NCBI GenBank assembly: GCA_044225175.1
Contig: JBGAJA010000001.1
Coordinates: forward strand, 550,711 to 614,710
DNA: 64,000 bases
Direction of reading: 5' to 3'
Origin: Candidatus Omnitrophota bacterium
GTDB taxonomy: Bacteria; Omnitrophota; Gorgyraeia; Zapsychrales; Fredricksoniimonadaceae
Part shown: one piece after another, positions 62,296 to 64,000 of the stretch
Position numbering within the stretch: position 1 is the first letter of the stretch
Layout of the letters: every line of letters begins with the position of its first letter
Notes under the pieces: generated by a model
Database searches by the model: none
What the model saw: only the letters and a program-made list of their open reading frames with translations
Told to the model about the DNA's origin: nothing
Made by a program: the position numbers and the translations under genes

Positions 62296-62455
62296 TGGCG
62301 GGTAGTCGTGGACGATAGGCGAACCCTACAACCCCTTGAAATACCTCTACTTATAAAACTCTACCGTAGACGTAGTATGGGATCGCTGATATCTCTAGGG
62401 GAGCCAATCGACAATTCCCAACCTTACAATAAAGGTATTTTATCACAACACCGGC
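62296..62455. repeat. Copy 2 of the ~160-bp imperfect direct repeat
   Basis: TGGCGGGTAGTCGTGGACGATAGGCGAACCCTACAACCCCTTGAAATACC... The spurious 60-aa plus-strand ORF 62308..62490 lies inside it. Confidence 0.8.
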
Positions 62456-62491
62456 AAAAATCCAGCAAAATGCCCGTTTCCTGCATATAAT

Positions 62492-63718
62492 TTACAGAGA
62501 AAAAATATCCTTAAGCTGTTTTTCCCTAACCTCGGTCAACCAACACTTCCATGTGTCCTCATTCACAGAGGGATTAATAGCTGAAAATAGCTTAGCCGAG
62601 GCGTCTCTATATGGAATCCAAAGACGCTGAACAACACGCACATCATCAACCCGGGGCACGTTGTAATCATCAGCCCGCTTTTTAAGATCACCCATAACCT
62701 TCTTATAGGTTTCATTGAGTTTCTGATCTGCTTTTACAAAAGTATTTTTAGGAGATGGCTTAAATCCAGTACGAACTTTCTCAACCAAATCTAAATATTC
62801 GTTCTTTTGATCCATTTGAGACCCGACAACCCAAGCACCCCGCCCGGATCCTCCATGCCCCTCCTCATTTGATGCCTTGGAGTCAATGAATTTAACCGCT
62901 GACGCATAAGCCGATTCAAGCAATTTTCTATACTGACTGTCAATCTTTTGACCAATCAATTTCATTTTTGTATCCCGTTCTTTTTCGTCATCATCATCCG
63001 CCCTAGAAGCGCAGAACGCCATGCCACCGCCACTCGTGATATAATCGCAGATGTTGAATTCCTTAACTTTGCCCGCTTTCCAATCTTTATAAGTCGCTTC
63101 GACAGCATACTCTAATTCAGCGGGAGCCCATCCGCCACGGGATACCAATTGCAAGATTAGCTTTGGATCCGGCTTCCCAAACCGTCCCCCTTTTGAAGCA
63201 TCTTCCGCAATCCTCCAAACGTGGTACATAGCATCATCGTCATGGGGCAAAACGTCATACTTTTTGCAAAAAGCCTTCCAATCAAACTCGCCCGGTTCAA
63301 CGCTCATTTGAATCGTCTTGAGCTTCACATCCTCATCATACAATTTTATTGATGGGTTCACCTTCTTAGCTTGTTTATATACCTCAAGCGCTTTTTTAGG
63401 ATTCGCTCTTTCTAAGCTGTTTGCTCTAAATAACAGAGCATCGAGCGCATAATCCAAAGCATCTTCGTGACCTTTTTTTGCGGCCTCCGAAAAGTGATAA
63501 ATGCTTTCCTCTGGGGTCACATTATACTTATAGGCAATCGCAAAATGAGCATCTGCACTGCCCCTATTAGCGGCCTTGATATACAGCCTCTTTGCAGATT
63601 CTCTGTCGCCAGCTTCATATATTTTGTCCGCTTGCTTCAGATCTTCTTTATAATCACTTCCGCATCCGGCCAAAAAGATAGCTGACAACAATAAGAATGC
63701 AAAAATTTTAAACTTCAT
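62492..63718 (-). CDS. Lipoprotein with N-terminal Sel1/TPR-like repeats and a C-terminal DUF1311 (LprI lysozyme-inhibitor-like) domain
   Basis: 408 aa with lipobox FLAGCGS. Sel1-like units are AANRGSADAHFAIAYKY and AAKKGHEDAL. The C-terminal DQKLNETYKKV...VQRLWIPYRDASAKLF matches the DUF1311 pattern. Confidence 0.5.
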   Translation of the reverse strand: MKFKIFAFLLLSAIFLAGCGSDYKEDLKQADKIYEAGDRESAKRLYIKAANRGSADAHFAIAYKYNVTPEESIYHFSEAAKKGHEDALDYALDALLFRANSLERANPKKALEVYKQAKKVNPSIKLYDEDVKLKTIQMSVEPGEFDWKAFCKKYDVLPHDDDAMYHVWRIAEDASKGGRFGKPDPKLILQLVSRGGWAPAELEYAVEATYKDWKAGKVKEFNICDYITSGGGMAFCASRADDDDEKERDTKMKLIGQKIDSQYRKLLESAYASAVKFIDSKASNEEGHGGSGRGAWVVGSQMDQKNEYLDLVEKVRTGFKPSPKNTFVKADQKLNETYKKVMGDLKKRADDYNVPRVDDVRVVQRLWIPYRDASAKLFSAINPSVNEDTWKCWLTEVREKQLKDIFSL

Positions 63719-63720
63719 AA

Positions 63721-63978
63721 TTAATCCTTCTTTCCCTCTAAATAATCTAATATCGGTTTAAATTCCGTAATCGTGTCTATAATCTCATCTTCCAATTTAA
63801 TGGGCTCTGTTAACACTTTCGATCCCCTGTCAATCGAGTATCTAAAATGTATGCCGGGAGCTCCGGGATCCTTATCCGCCTTTTTTAACACGTCTCCTAA
63901 GTAAATCACGTCCTGCTTATTTGCGATGTCACTCAGCTTCATATCAAAAAATTTCACCCATTTTTCGTTCCCGGGCAT
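63721..63978 (-). CDS. Hypothetical small protein
   Basis: 85 aa with no motif recognised. It is 2 nt upstream of the lipoprotein gene. Confidence 0.3.
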   Translation of the reverse strand: MPGNEKWVKFFDMKLSDIANKQDVIYLGDVLKKADKDPGAPGIHFRYSIDRGSKVLTEPIKLEDEIIDTITEFKPILDYLEGKKD

Positions 63979-64000
63979 AATGCGCTTTCCAGCCCGTGGC

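Noticed and set aside
60613-62455. CRISPR array
   Set aside because: There are only two copies of the repeat, of about 160 bp, separated by 1.5 kb of coding DNA. That is not CRISPR geometry, and there are no cas genes.
62308-62490. 60-aa plus-strand ORF inside repeat copy 2
   Set aside because: It lies entirely within the non-coding direct repeat, and the equivalent frame in copy 1 is not open.
60524-64000. Integrase, transposase or IS element associated with the higher-GC segment
   Set aside because: None of the ORFs in or next to the segment shows DDE, tyrosine or serine recombinase motifs. If a mobilising gene exists it lies beyond the right edge of the window.

Overview
This is a low-GC (by eye about mid-30s %) bacterial chromosomal segment in which almost every gene is on the minus strand, in long runs with few intergenic gaps. 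Several features point to a Chlamydiae-like (environmental or amoeba-associated chlamydia) genome. These are the trmD-rplS-rnhB order, an NrdA with three N-terminal ATP-cone repeats, a SpoIID homologue, a SWIM-SNF2 helicase and classical men genes. This taxonomic call is inference only. Reading from the left, the window holds the N-terminus of a secreted SpvB/TcB-type toxin (Rhs-like), which is cut off by the window edge. Next come a lone pseudopilin, a thiolase and a PaaK-like ligase, then a pentose-phosphate block (tal plus a split transketolase) and a tRNA-Lys. A translation/tRNA-modification string follows (YhcH, rnhB, rplS, trmD, tgt, queA, SpoIID), then nrdAB with a putative NrdR box. 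An oxidative-stress and aquaporin trio (sodA, tpx, MIP) precedes a menB-menA-menC-menE cluster with a convergent hotdog thioesterase. Co-directional with these are HIT, xseBA and a membrane/spermidine-synthase fusion. A two-component cluster of about 8.5 kb has two parallel modules, each a DNA-binding RR, an HK and a receiver-only RR, flanking a GH15 hydrolase and an L,D-transpeptidase. A YqjD/ElaB-YqjE stress module contains a 34-bp perfect palindrome. A trehalose-from-glycogen operon follows (treZ, an archaeal-type debranching enzyme, treX, treY), then dps, an outer-membrane protein and a SulP permease, and a 1101-aa SWIM-SNF2 helicase. The right end is a visibly higher-GC segment. It carries a Bacteroidetes-type class A beta-lactamase and an NTF2-like gene, bracketed by two copies of a ~160-bp imperfect direct repeat. 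A Sel1/DUF1311 (LprI-like) lipoprotein follows. This segment is a strong candidate for a horizontally acquired envelope-defence islet. I found no CRISPR array, transposase or integrase. All calls come from reading the translated ORFs and the DNA; no database search was run.
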